A stretch of 24,000 nucleotides of DNA from Alphaproteobacteria bacterium (GCA_009928665.1 SACF01000039.1:1-24000); one strand, 5' to 3'. Counted from the first letter of the stretch, positions 1 to 8,192 are shown. Numbers and translations: made by a program. The notes: generated by a model not told the origin, from the letters alone.

Positions 1-69
1 GTGTACCTCAATTCGACGCTCTTCGACTTCGGGTTCACGGGCGGACTGATCTTCAGGATCGGACGGTAA
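1..69 (+). CDS. C-terminal end of a protein entering from outside the window (probable outer-membrane beta-barrel, ending ...FDFGFTGGLIFRIGR*)
   Basis: Frame 1 is open from base 1 to the TAA at 67-69; the alternating hydrophobic terminus resembles the last strand of a beta-barrel. Confidence 0.5.
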   Translation: MYLNSTLFDFGFTGGLIFRIGR

Positions 70-82
70 ATGCCGGGATCCC

Positions 83-108
83 GTCATCCGCCCGGCCGGA
101 TGACTTTT
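83..108 (+). terminator. Rho-independent terminator of the upstream gene
   Basis: Perfect 8-bp stem GTCATCCG / CGGATGAC with 6-nt loop, followed by TTTT, 14 nt after the stop codon at 69. Confidence 0.75.
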
Positions 109-205
109 GCTTACCGAAACCGGTTTCCCGCCATGACAACAGCTGCATGAATTGCAGTACGGCCGGGAGCCCCGACGACATCACACGTTGTAAAACCGCT
201 CCAGC

Positions 206-1036
206 ATGGAACAGCTTTTCGCCATATCACGGTTCGGTTGTCAGGATGTAAGGGAACATTCCTCCAAATACAACGGGCTTCATGTTCACGACTACGAAGA
301 GCTGATGATCGGCCAGGGCGGCGAGATTGAACATGTTATCGACTTCCGGTCGAAACTCCTGCCTGCCCCCTTTGTCAGCTTCATCGCGCAGGGTAAATCC
401 CACCTGGTTAAACCCATGATCCGTGAAGGTTTGTGTGATATCTGGGTGATTAACTTCAAAAGCGAATTCATTCCCGAAACCATTTTTCAGCTTTACGCCT
501 ACTACCACGACCATGCCGACATGACCCTGGAACACGACCCCGCCTTCGCCCGGATGGGAACCCTCTGCCAGATGATGTTTGACGAAATGCAACAGCCCAT
601 CCCTGAACTCCCGGTGATCAAAAACCTGCTGAATACCCTCTTCGCCATGATCGAATCGGAACGGAGAAAACGGTTCCCCGGTGAAACCGTGGCCCGGACC
701 ACGCAAAACACCACCTTTAAAAACTTCCTGAAAATTTTAGAGGACAATTTCCGGCGGCCGGAAGGGGTCGACTTTTATGCCTCAAAACTTTTCATGACCT
801 CCCGCAATCTGAACCTGATTTGCCGCAATGTTTTTCAGAAGAGCGTTTCCGAAATTATCGAGACCCGCAAACTCATCGAAGCAAAGAACCTCCTGATGCA
901 AACCGGGAAAACCGTCGCCGAGATCGGGTTTGAGCTTGGCTATAACGAAAAAGCCTATTTTACCTCGGTCTTTAAAAAGAAGACGGGCCAGACGCCTACC
1001 GAGTTCCGGGAAGAGATGGCGAAACTCATTTCCTGA
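206..1036 (+). CDS. AraC-family transcriptional regulator
   Basis: C-terminal double HTH: 'FYASKLFMTSRNLNLICRNVFQKSVSEIIETRKLIEAKNLLMQTGKTVAEIGFELGYNEKAYFTSVFKKKTGQTPTEFR'. Confidence 0.93.
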   Translation: MEQLFAISRFGCQDVREHSSKYNGLHVHDYEELMIGQGGEIEHVIDFRSKLLPAPFVSFIAQGKSHLVKPMIREGLCDIWVINFKSEFIPETIFQLYAYYHDHADMTLEHDPAFARMGTLCQMMFDEMQQPIPELPVIKNLLNTLFAMIESERRKRFPGETVARTTQNTTFKNFLKILEDNFRRPEGVDFYASKLFMTSRNLNLICRNVFQKSVSEIIETRKLIEAKNLLMQTGKTVAEIGFELGYNEKAYFTSVFKKKTGQTPTEFREEMAKLIS

Positions 1037-1244
1037 TTTCACAACACATTTACCGGTTTCTGTTACCGGTCCGCGATCGGGCAGCAGTACTTTTGCCGTC
1101 GTAAAATCCTGTCCCCGGCCTGCATGCTTTGACACGATTCCGGTTCCGGGATACGCCATGCAGCGTTACGATGAGCGCGACAGGAGTGTACTACAGGAAC
1201 AACCGGATTTTAAATCCGGCAACCTGTTTTCAAATCCGAATCAC

Positions 1245-2078
1245 ATGAATGCGAACGTTAGCATCGATCATAACACCCACGCCGACCCCGGTGTCAGAAT
1301 GCCCGTTCTGTTTGTGGGGCACGGATCCCCGATGAACGCCCTTGAAGAGAATGAATTTGTTGAGGGATGGAAAAAAATCGCCGGAGTCATACCCCGACCC
1401 GCGGCCATTCTCTGTATTTCGGCCCACTGGGAAACCCGGGGCACCTTTGTCACCGCGATGAAGCAGCCCCGCACCCTGCACGATTTCGGAGGATTTCCGT
1501 GCGAATTGTTCAACGTTCAATACCCCGCCCCCGGCGCTCCGGAAATTGCCGCGGAAACCCGTGAAATGGTCGTGAAAACCAATATCGGAGCCGACGATCA
1601 CTGGGGACTCGACCACGGGTGCTGGAGCGTACTGTGCCGGATGTATCCCGCCGCCGACATCCCCGTGTTTCAGCTCAGCCTCGACTACACGCAGCCAGCC
1701 CGGTATCACTTTGAACTCGCGAAAGAACTTTCGGCGCTCCGGAAAAAAGGGGTGCTGATCCTCGGCAGCGGCAATATGGTCCACAACCTCCGGCTGATCG
1801 ACTGGAACCGGATGCAGGAACCGGGATTCGGCTACGACTGGGCCATCGAGGCCGGCGAAAAGATGAAAACGCTCATTCACGACGGCAATTTCGAAGCCCT
1901 GATCAACTATTCCTCATTGGGAAAAGCATTCGACCTGGCCATCCCCTCGCCCGAACATTTCCTGCCGCTGCTCTACACCCTGGCCCTGAAAGAACCGGAT
2001 GAGGACGTCAGTTTCTTTAACGACCGGCCGGTCATGGGCTCCATGACCATGACCTCAGCCCTGATCGGATCACCATAA
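1245..2078 (+). CDS. ygiD: 4,5-DOPA-extradiol-dioxygenase-like (YgiD/LigB family) protein
   Basis: 'VLFVGHGSPMNALEENEF', 'CISAHWETRGTFVT', 'HDFGGFPCELFNVQYPAPG', 'DHGCWSVLCRMYP', 'GSGNMVHNLR'; start chosen at in-frame ATG 1245 rather than 930 because family homology begins after it. Confidence 0.9.
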   Translation: MNANVSIDHNTHADPGVRMPVLFVGHGSPMNALEENEFVEGWKKIAGVIPRPAAILCISAHWETRGTFVTAMKQPRTLHDFGGFPCELFNVQYPAPGAPEIAAETREMVVKTNIGADDHWGLDHGCWSVLCRMYPAADIPVFQLSLDYTQPARYHFELAKELSALRKKGVLILGSGNMVHNLRLIDWNRMQEPGFGYDWAIEAGEKMKTLIHDGNFEALINYSSLGKAFDLAIPSPEHFLPLLYTLALKEPDEDVSFFNDRPVMGSMTMTSALIGSP

Positions 2079-2092
2079 CGGCAGGTACCATC

Positions 2093-2902
2093 CTATTTGC
2101 CCGCCCGCGCCAGTTTCAGAATGCGAACAGCGCCCCGGATCACGATGCCGAATACCATCAGCCCGATTACCAGGTCGGGGATCTTCGAACCCGTCAGCCA
2201 GACCAGAACACCGGCGCCGATCACACCGGCATTCACGATCACATCATTCGAGGTAAAAATCATGCTTGCCTGCATGTGCGATTCCCGGCTCCTGCTTTTC
2301 TGCAGCAACAACAAACAAAGTACATTCCCTGCAAGAGCAAGCGCCGAAATGAGGATCATGGTCTGAAAGGAGGGTACCGGCCCGGCGCTGATAAACCGGC
2401 GTATCACCTCCATAAAACCTGCAACCGCAAGGGTCATCTGAAAATAGCCGCTGATCCGGGCCACGCTGTTTTTCCGGGCCAGCGTGCCTCCCACAGCATG
2501 CAGGGCAAGCCCGTAAACAAGGGCGTCGGCAAGCATATCCAGACTGTCGGCAACCAGTCCCATCGAATGGGCCAGCAAACCGGTCAATACCTCAAGCACG
2601 AAAAAGAAGAGGTTGATTGCAAGCACCTGCCACAACAGCCTGCGCTGCAGCCCGGAACCCTCCTCCGTGTCAAACCCATCAGCCTGAACGCTCCCTTCAA
2701 AACGGGTGTCGAAATCCAGGCTGTTAAGGCGTTCCAGGATCACCGCGTGGTCGCCCGCGTGATAAACGGTCAGCGTCCTGCGGGGAATATCAAATTCGAG
2801 GGATTGAATGGCGGTCAGATCCTGCAGCTTCATGCGGATTATCTGCTCTTCCGAAGGACAATCCATCTTATGAATAAAAAATTTCGATTTTTTCATGGTC
2901 AT
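2093..2902 (-). CDS. CDF-family cation transporter with HMA-like N-terminal domain
   Basis: N-terminal 'KFFIHKMDCPSEEQIIRMKL...' (HMA-like, MDCPSEE) followed by several TM helices including 'HSMGLVADSLDMLADALVYGLAL' (DxxxD of CDF TM2). Confidence 0.82.
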   Translation of the reverse strand: MTMKKSKFFIHKMDCPSEEQIIRMKLQDLTAIQSLEFDIPRRTLTVYHAGDHAVILERLNSLDFDTRFEGSVQADGFDTEEGSGLQRRLLWQVLAINLFFFVLEVLTGLLAHSMGLVADSLDMLADALVYGLALHAVGGTLARKNSVARISGYFQMTLAVAGFMEVIRRFISAGPVPSFQTMILISALALAGNVLCLLLLQKSRSRESHMQASMIFTSNDVIVNAGVIGAGVLVWLTGSKIPDLVIGLMVFGIVIRGAVRILKLARAGK

Positions 2903-2911
2903 TGAAAAATC

Positions 2912-2929
2912 TATCGTATATTTGCGATA
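2912..2929. promoter_or_regulatory. Candidate ArsR operator (TATCG-N8-CGATA) overlapping a Bacteroidota -7 element (TATATTTG, 2917-2924)
   Basis: Perfect 5-bp inverted repeat in the 37-bp gap between divergent genes; TAnnTTTG match inside it. Confidence 0.55.
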
Positions 2930-2939
2930 AACAATTAAT

Positions 2940-3272
2940 ATGGCCTACAAAAGTACAAATTATAACGAGGATGAGGTGCGGCTTGCCCGGTTTGCAAAGG
3001 CTATGGGGCATCCTGCGCGGATTGCCATCCTGAAATTGCTCACCTCGATGGATACCTGTTTCTGCGGTGATATCGTGGAGGAGCTGCCCATTGCCCAGGC
3101 TACGGTATCGCAGCACCTGAAAGAACTTAAAGATTCCGGGTTGATCCACGGGTCGGTTGAACCGCCTAAAATCAGGTACTGTATCGATCCCGAAAACTGG
3201 CAAAGGGCACGGGAGCTGTTCCACGACTTCTGGGAGTATCCCGGTTTTTCACCATCAATAGATAAAAAATGA
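2940..3272 (+). CDS. ArsR/SmtB-family metalloregulator
   Basis: '[54 protein letters not shown]' winged HTH with CxC in the metal-binding helix position. Confidence 0.93.
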   Translation: MAYKSTNYNEDEVRLARFAKAMGHPARIAILKLLTSMDTCFCGDIVEELPIAQATVSQHLKELKDSGLIHGSVEPPKIRYCIDPENWQRARELFHDFWEYPGFSPSIDKK

Positions 3273-3329
3273 TACGGCCTATAGTCCCTGGTTCGCTGCC
3301 CTAAACGAAAAACACGTAACCGCTTAAAA

Positions 3330-4370
3330 ATGACCAATTCTGACTACATTACCGGAACCTACACCTTGGGCGACCTGGAAATCCCGCGGGTTGATACCCG
3401 TTGGAGCGCAACCGACCTTTGGGGAACTTTGAAGGTTCGCTGGTCGTTCGGCCGGATGGATTACAAAGTGAAACCGGGTCTCTATGCCGTGGGATCACCC
3501 GACCGCCAATCGCTGGTCTTTGTATCGGCCAACTACAAACTGAGTTTCGATCACCTGCGCCGGGCGCTGGAGGGCATGAACGCCTGGATTCTCGTCATCA
3601 ATACCCGGGGGATCAACGTGTGGTGCGCGGCAGGCAAAGGGATCTTCAGCACCAAAGAAGTCGTCCGCCGGATCCGGATTGACCACCTCGACCAGGTCGT
3701 CGATCACCGCAGGCTGATCCTGCCGCAGTTGAGCGCAACCGGCGTTGCTGCCCACCAGGTTCAAAAGATGACCGGCTTTTCAGTCATATTCGGTCCGGTC
3801 AAAGCCGCCGATATCAAAGCATTCGTCGAATCCGGCCTGAAAGCAACGGAACCGATGCGAACGGTGACCTTTCCGCTGAAGGAGCGGCTGAAGGTGATCC
3901 CCGTCGACATTTTTTACGGAACCCATTATCTGATCCTTATCCCGGCGCTTTTCTTCTTCCTTTCCGGATTATCCTCCGGTGGATATTCCTTCGACCGGAC
4001 GCTTCAGCACGGATGGAATCCTGTGGTCAACCTCTTCGCCGGCTACCTGACCGGCTGTGTCGTGACCCCGGCCCTGCTGCCATGGATACCCTTCCGCAGG
4101 TTTTCGTTAAAAGGTCTCCTGATGGGATTTCTTACAGCCACACTGCTTCTCATTACCGGATCCTTCGGAACAAACCCGCTGGAGATCCTTGCCTGGTTTC
4201 TGATGACCGCCGGCCTCTCTTCGTTCATGGCGATGAATTTTACCGGATCGTCGACCTTTACCTCTATTTCGGGTGTTCAGAAGGAGATGAAAGTGGCGCT
4301 TCCCGTTCAGATCGCCCTGGTCGCAGTGGGACTGGCCCTTTGGATTGCCTCACTTTTTATAACTTTGTAA
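3330..4370 (+). CDS. hgcA: Mercury methylation corrinoid protein HgcA
   Basis: Cap-helix motif NVWCAAGK (3615-3638, putative Co-ligand Cys99); C-terminal membrane domain with several TM helices; 'MNFTGSSTFTSISGVQKEM' near the C-terminus; immediately followed by hgcB. Confidence 0.95.
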   Translation: MTNSDYITGTYTLGDLEIPRVDTRWSATDLWGTLKVRWSFGRMDYKVKPGLYAVGSPDRQSLVFVSANYKLSFDHLRRALEGMNAWILVINTRGINVWCAAGKGIFSTKEVVRRIRIDHLDQVVDHRRLILPQLSATGVAAHQVQKMTGFSVIFGPVKAADIKAFVESGLKATEPMRTVTFPLKERLKVIPVDIFYGTHYLILIPALFFFLSGLSSGGYSFDRTLQHGWNPVVNLFAGYLTGCVVTPALLPWIPFRRFSLKGLLMGFLTATLLLITGSFGTNPLEILAWFLMTAGLSSFMAMNFTGSSTFTSISGVQKEMKVALPVQIALVAVGLALWIASLFITL

Positions 4371-4371
4371 C

Positions 4372-4668
4372 ATGAATGGATTTGTTTATCTCCCCGATGT
4401 AGTGACCCTGGAGCTGGATGCCGCAAAATGCAACGGTTGCCGGATGTGTACCCGGGTCTGCCCGCACGCCGTTTTCGAAATCAGAGACCGCAAGGCTTTC
4501 ATCCGGAACCGTGATCACTGCATGGAATGCGGAGCCTGCGCGCTGAACTGTGTCACGGGCGCCATCACCGTCAGGTCGGGCGTGGGTTGTGCAGCCGGAA
4601 TCCTCAACGGGTTGATCCGGGGCACCGAACCCACCTGTGACTGCAGCAGCAGCGGGAGTTGTTGCTGA
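4372..4668 (+). CDS. hgcB: Mercury methylation ferredoxin HgcB
   Basis: Two 4Fe-4S motifs 'CNGCRMCTRVCP' and 'CMECGACALNC' (C(M/I)ECGA signature) plus C-terminal CC; 1 nt after the hgcA stop. Confidence 0.95.
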   Translation: MNGFVYLPDVVTLELDAAKCNGCRMCTRVCPHAVFEIRDRKAFIRNRDHCMECGACALNCVTGAITVRSGVGCAAGILNGLIRGTEPTCDCSSSGSCC

Positions 4669-4694
4669 ATCCTTTGTTAACCTTTAACTTCAGA

Positions 4695-5288
4695 ATGATC
4701 ATGAAAAATTCCATTGGTCCGAAACCCCTCTTGTTAACCAATCCCGTGCTGATCGTCGGTTCCTATGATCCGTCGGGAAAGCCGAACGCGATGAATGCCG
4801 CCTGGGGCGGAATTGCCAACTCCAATCCCCCTTGTGTCTCGGTTTCGCTGAGAAAAGCTACTTACACCCACGGCAATATTATGAATCGCAAGGCTTTCAC
4901 CATCAGCATCCCTTCTGAAAAATATGTCAAAGAGGCCGATTATTTCGGGATGAAATCAGGAAAGGATACGGATAAATTTGAGAGCGCCCGGCTCACGCCC
5001 GTCCGAAGCGAAAAGGTGGATGCCCCATACGTCGGAGAATTTCCGGTGGTTCTTGAGTGTACCCTCTTACATTACCTGGAACTCGGGTCGCATACCCATT
5101 TTATCGGTGAAATTGTGGATATCAAAGTCGACGAAGAATGCATCAACGAAGCCGGGTTGCCCGATATCACAAAAGTGTTACCGTTTTGTTTCGACCTTTC
5201 GAGCCGTTCTTACTATGGTATCGGGAAGAAGCTGGATAAAGCCTTTGACCCTTCCGTCCTGCAGACTTTCGCAACAGGAGCCCGCTAA
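4695..5288 (+). CDS. Flavin reductase-like (FMN-binding split-barrel) protein
   Basis: 'LLTNPVLIVGSYDPSGKPNAMNAAWGGIANSNPPCVSVSLRKATYTHGNIMNRKAFTISIPSEKYVKEADYFG' typical of flavin reductase family; start moved to ATG 4695. Confidence 0.88.
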   Translation: MIMKNSIGPKPLLLTNPVLIVGSYDPSGKPNAMNAAWGGIANSNPPCVSVSLRKATYTHGNIMNRKAFTISIPSEKYVKEADYFGMKSGKDTDKFESARLTPVRSEKVDAPYVGEFPVVLECTLLHYLELGSHTHFIGEIVDIKVDEECINEAGLPDITKVLPFCFDLSSRSYYGIGKKLDKAFDPSVLQTFATGAR

Positions 5289-5304
5289 GCCTACTGCGCG
5301 GGGA

Positions 5305-6786
5305 TCAGGATTTAAATTCCTGTTTTTTCTTCCTGCAGATCAGTTGCACTGCCCATTTGCCGGTCTGCGCCGAGGGGGGAAGTCCTCCGCCCGGCACCAG
5401 CCACTGTCCGGCCATGTAGAAATTCCGCAGGCCGGGAAGCTGCATTTTCAACGATTTCATCATGTTTTCCCGCGTGGGCATAAACCCTTCATAAGCCCCG
5501 TTCCGGACCCCGGTGAAACGTACATCCGTTTTCGGCGTTGCCACATCGGTGGCCTCGATAAATCCACTAATCCCCGGGTAGATGGTCTCGAGACAGGCCG
5601 TTGCATCCTTCAGGATCTGCTCTTTTTCAGCCCGGTAGGCATCGCCTTCCAGATCTTTCCACAAATCCCATTGAGTTTCAAATCGCATGACCATCGTGGT
5701 TTTTCCTTCCGGGGCCATGGTGCTGTCGTACGAATAGTTCATCAGCGAATAGCCGAATTCGAGCCGCGTGCTCCCGATCGACATCCCCTTCGTGAAGTTC
5801 AGGACAATCGGCGCTTCCGATAAAACTTCGCGCCCGATGCCAAACGAGACCTGGACAAGCGGTGGAAAGAGTTCCCAGTTTTTATGGGCATGGTCGAAGG
5901 CCTTGGTCACGTATTTCCCGCCGAGCATGCTGTAGATCGTCGAATAGCCGTCGGCCGCGCTGATCACGTAATCAGCCGCGATTGAGGTCCCGTCGGCCAG
6001 AACCACACCCCGGACCATACCGTTTTCCACGGTAATTTTTTCGACCCGCTTCCGGTATGAGATTGCGCCTCCCAGCGAGGTGAACCGTTCCACCATCCGC
6101 TGTGCCAGGGGATACGAGCCTCCTTTGATGTATCCTGCATTTTTCTGGTTGAACCAGGCCAGCATGAAAATAAAGGCCATCGCCGAAAAATTTCGCTCCC
6201 CGTACATCGTGTAGAGGGCTGACCGGATCCTGGGACTTTTGAAATGCAGCCGGTCGAAATACTCCCGGCAGGTCAGCCTTCCGTATTTTCTCACGACCTG
6301 GAAGAGGGGGAAGAATTTGGGCATAATGCGGATGTAATCGAGCGGGCTCCGCAACTCCGGCGGCAGGGCAAAAGGTTCGAGAAAGGCGCTCTTTCGCATG
6401 GTTTTGCACATCCTGCGGATCGGGACCTCATCTTCGGGGGCGATCCCGAGAAGATACCGCTCCCACCGGTCGATATCGGCATAGATGATAAAGGTATTCC
6501 CCTCCCCGTCGATGATCTGCGAATGAATCTCATGGTCAATGATCTCGGTCCGGTCGTTCAGCACGTTGGTCTCTTTCCAGATGTCGTGAAAGGCCCCTTT
6601 GGAAGTGCCAACCAGCCAGTGCAGGCAATAATCAAAACGGAACCGGTTGCGCTCCCAGGCAGTACACTGTCCGCCTGCCACCGAATGCATCTCGAGGATT
6701 TCTGTATCAAACCCGTTTTTCGCGGCATAGATTCCGGCAGATAAGCCTGCCACGCCACCGCCGATAATCACAACTTTTTCTTTCAT
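5305..6786 (-). CDS. Phytoene desaturase/CrtI-like NAD(P)/FAD-dependent oxidoreductase
   Basis: N-terminal dinucleotide-binding 'VVIIGGGVAGLSAGIYAAKNGFDTEILEMHSVAGGQCTAW' and C-terminal 'NFYMAGQWLVPGGGLPPSAQTGKWAVQLI'. Confidence 0.9.
   Translation of the reverse strand: MKEKVVIIGGGVAGLSAGIYAAKNGFDTEILEMHSVAGGQCTAWERNRFRFDYCLHWLVGTSKGAFHDIWKETNVLNDRTEIIDHEIHSQIIDGEGNTFIIYADIDRWERYLLGIAPEDEVPIRRMCKTMRKSAFLEPFALPPELRSPLDYIRIMPKFFPLFQVVRKYGRLTCREYFDRLHFKSPRIRSALYTMYGERNFSAMAFIFMLAWFNQKNAGYIKGGSYPLAQRMVERFTSLGGAISYRKRVEKITVENGMVRGVVLADGTSIAADYVISAADGYSTIYSMLGGKYVTKAFDHAHKNWELFPPLVQVSFGIGREVLSEAPIVLNFTKGMSIGSTRLEFGYSLMNYSYDSTMAPEGKTTMVMRFETQWDLWKDLEGDAYRAEKEQILKDATACLETIYPGISGFIEATDVATPKTDVRFTGVRNGAYEGFMPTRENMMKSLKMQLPGLRNFYMAGQWLVPGGGLPPSAQTGKWAVQLICRKKKQEFKS
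5306..5328 (+). terminator. Possible terminator of the arsR-hgcAB-flavin reductase transcript
   Basis: CAGGA-TTTAAAT-TCCTG imperfect hairpin followed by TTTTTT; overlaps the 3' end of the convergent gene; weak stem. Confidence 0.35.
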
Positions 6787-7173
6787 ATGCTTAGAGTCGA
6801 TGTAAATTTAACTTTTCAGGAGAAAAACCTTCTATTTACGATTGAACATGATTTACAATTTACGAATGAATCCAGATCAAAAGTAGGAATCAATAATATA
6901 CCCGGCAACCGCGACCCGGGTGAAAAGGAATAAATTTCCGATGAAAACGGAAATTTAGCTGTTCAGGTTCGGACCGGGCGCCTGCATGATCCGTATTCAT
7001 GCCTGAACCCTCTTGTTCATTTTATCCACGCCCTTTGCCGGTATCATCAGTACGGGTTGACGCATTTCGAAAAATTGTATATTTATCCCCGGAAATCAAC
7101 GAGTAACCGGCGCATGCCGCCTTCAATTTCAATCTCTGTCTGAACAACAATCCCTGTTAATCAGAATTGACTC

Positions 7174-7560
7174 ATGAACATTCCCTTCACCCCCTCGCAG
7201 TTTTTCGGAATCATCGAAAACTACAATGAAGCCGTATTCCCCACCCAGATCCTCCAGGTGCTGACCTATTTCATCGAAAGTACCCGTCATACAACCATTG
7301 TCATGGGCCTCCCCTGCCCCACTACCATCCTGACCTTCGGCCTGCTGCTCATCGCCGGGAAAACCCTTCCGACATACCTGCTGATTATTCCGTTCCTCTG
7401 GGCGCTGGTCGGGACCACTGCTACTTTCAAATTCGGGGTCATCCCCGATTACATGCTGATCCTTGCAGCCGTCATCACGGTGATCCTCCGCTTCATCAAA
7501 AAAAGGCAGAAGGAGGCCGGTGTCGGCGAGCAAACCATCGATTATAAATCCTCAACATGA
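7174..7560 (+). CDS. DUF6064-like small membrane protein, apparently internally shortened
   Basis: 'MNIPFTPSQFFGIIENYNEAVFPTQ' plus 'GLPCPTTILTFGLLLIAGKTLPTYLLIIPFLWALVGTTATFKFGVIPDY'; family proteins recalled as substantially longer. Confidence 0.65.
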   Translation: MNIPFTPSQFFGIIENYNEAVFPTQILQVLTYFIESTRHTTIVMGLPCPTTILTFGLLLIAGKTLPTYLLIIPFLWALVGTTATFKFGVIPDYMLILAAVITVILRFIKKRQKEAGVGEQTIDYKSST

Positions 7561-8192
7561 AACTCCCGAAACACTTCGCCATCTATTTCAGGGCCTTTTA
7601 CAAGCCTTCTGAGGCTTTTGAGGCCCTCCTTGCCGGAAATTATTTCCGCGCAGGCTTTTTGTTCATGATGATCCCCCTTGCACTGTATACCCTGATGTAC
7701 TTCATGCTCTGGGCAGGAAACGGGGCGCCTTCAACGTTTGCTCCCTGGCTGAACATTCCCAGGGAACAATACTACTACTGGAATCGGTTTCTCGTCGCCC
7801 CGAGCATGATGTTCGCCTGGTTTGCCGCTGCCTCTTTCATGCAGGTCATTGCCCGCACCCTGAAAGGCTCCGGCTCCTTCGAAGCCACCCTTGGGCTGAC
7901 CGGCCTGTCGATCTCTGTGGCCATGTGGAGTACGCTGCTGCACGACCTGCTGATGAGTTTTTTCAGCATGACCGGGGTCATAGATGCCCGGCTGCATGAA
8001 ATAGCCATGAACAGCCCTACTATCTGGCGAAACATTCTCTGGGCCTGTTTTGCCCTGTACCTGTTTGCCTTTCCGGCGTTGTTTTACCGGACGGTGCGGG
8101 CGGTGCACCAGCTAAGTAAAGCACGGAGTTTTTTTATCGCCCTTGCATCTTTTCTGATTTTCCAGTTGATCTTCCTGGTATTTAACCGGTGA
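7557..8192 (+). CDS. Multi-pass membrane protein (Yip1-like)
   Basis: Several TM segments; overlaps the previous gene's stop codon (ATGA at 7557-7560). Confidence 0.65.
   Translation: MKLPKHFAIYFRAFYKPSEAFEALLAGNYFRAGFLFMMIPLALYTLMYFMLWAGNGAPSTFAPWLNIPREQYYYWNRFLVAPSMMFAWFAAASFMQVIARTLKGSGSFEATLGLTGLSISVAMWSTLLHDLLMSFFSMTGVIDARLHEIAMNSPTIWRNILWACFALYLFAFPALFYRTVRAVHQLSKARSFFIALASFLIFQLIFLVFNR

Noticed and set aside
227-706. 159-aa minus-strand ORF antisense to the AraC gene
   Set aside because: Shadow ORF of a high-confidence coding region, with low-complexity His/Gly/Val-rich composition. The same reasoning applies to 1230-1880 (-), 2276-2905 (+), 4978-5823 (+), 6244-6744 (+), 12464-13153 (+), 17227-17667 (+) and 22167-22790 (+).
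1053-1071. TACCGGTTTCTGTTACCGGT as a terminator after the AraC gene
   Set aside because: Short ACCGGT palindromes repeated without a T-tract; not a convincing terminator.
930-1244. ORF track extends the DOPA-dioxygenase-like gene upstream into the AraC gene
   Set aside because: The extra N-terminal 105 residues overlap the AraC CDS in another frame and show no family character; homology begins just after ATG 1245.
3960-4370. Possibility that the membrane protein is a generic carbonyl-branch/CdhD corrinoid protein rather than HgcA
   Set aside because: The combination of NVWCAAGK, the C-terminal TM domain, and an immediately adjacent 98-aa ferredoxin with CMECGA plus a terminal CC fits hgcAB and not CdhD/CFeSP.
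6841-6880. Short repeated ATTTACGA/ATTTACAA units (CRISPR-like or tandem repeat)
   Set aside because: Units are too short, imperfect and few; typical AT-rich intergenic sequence.
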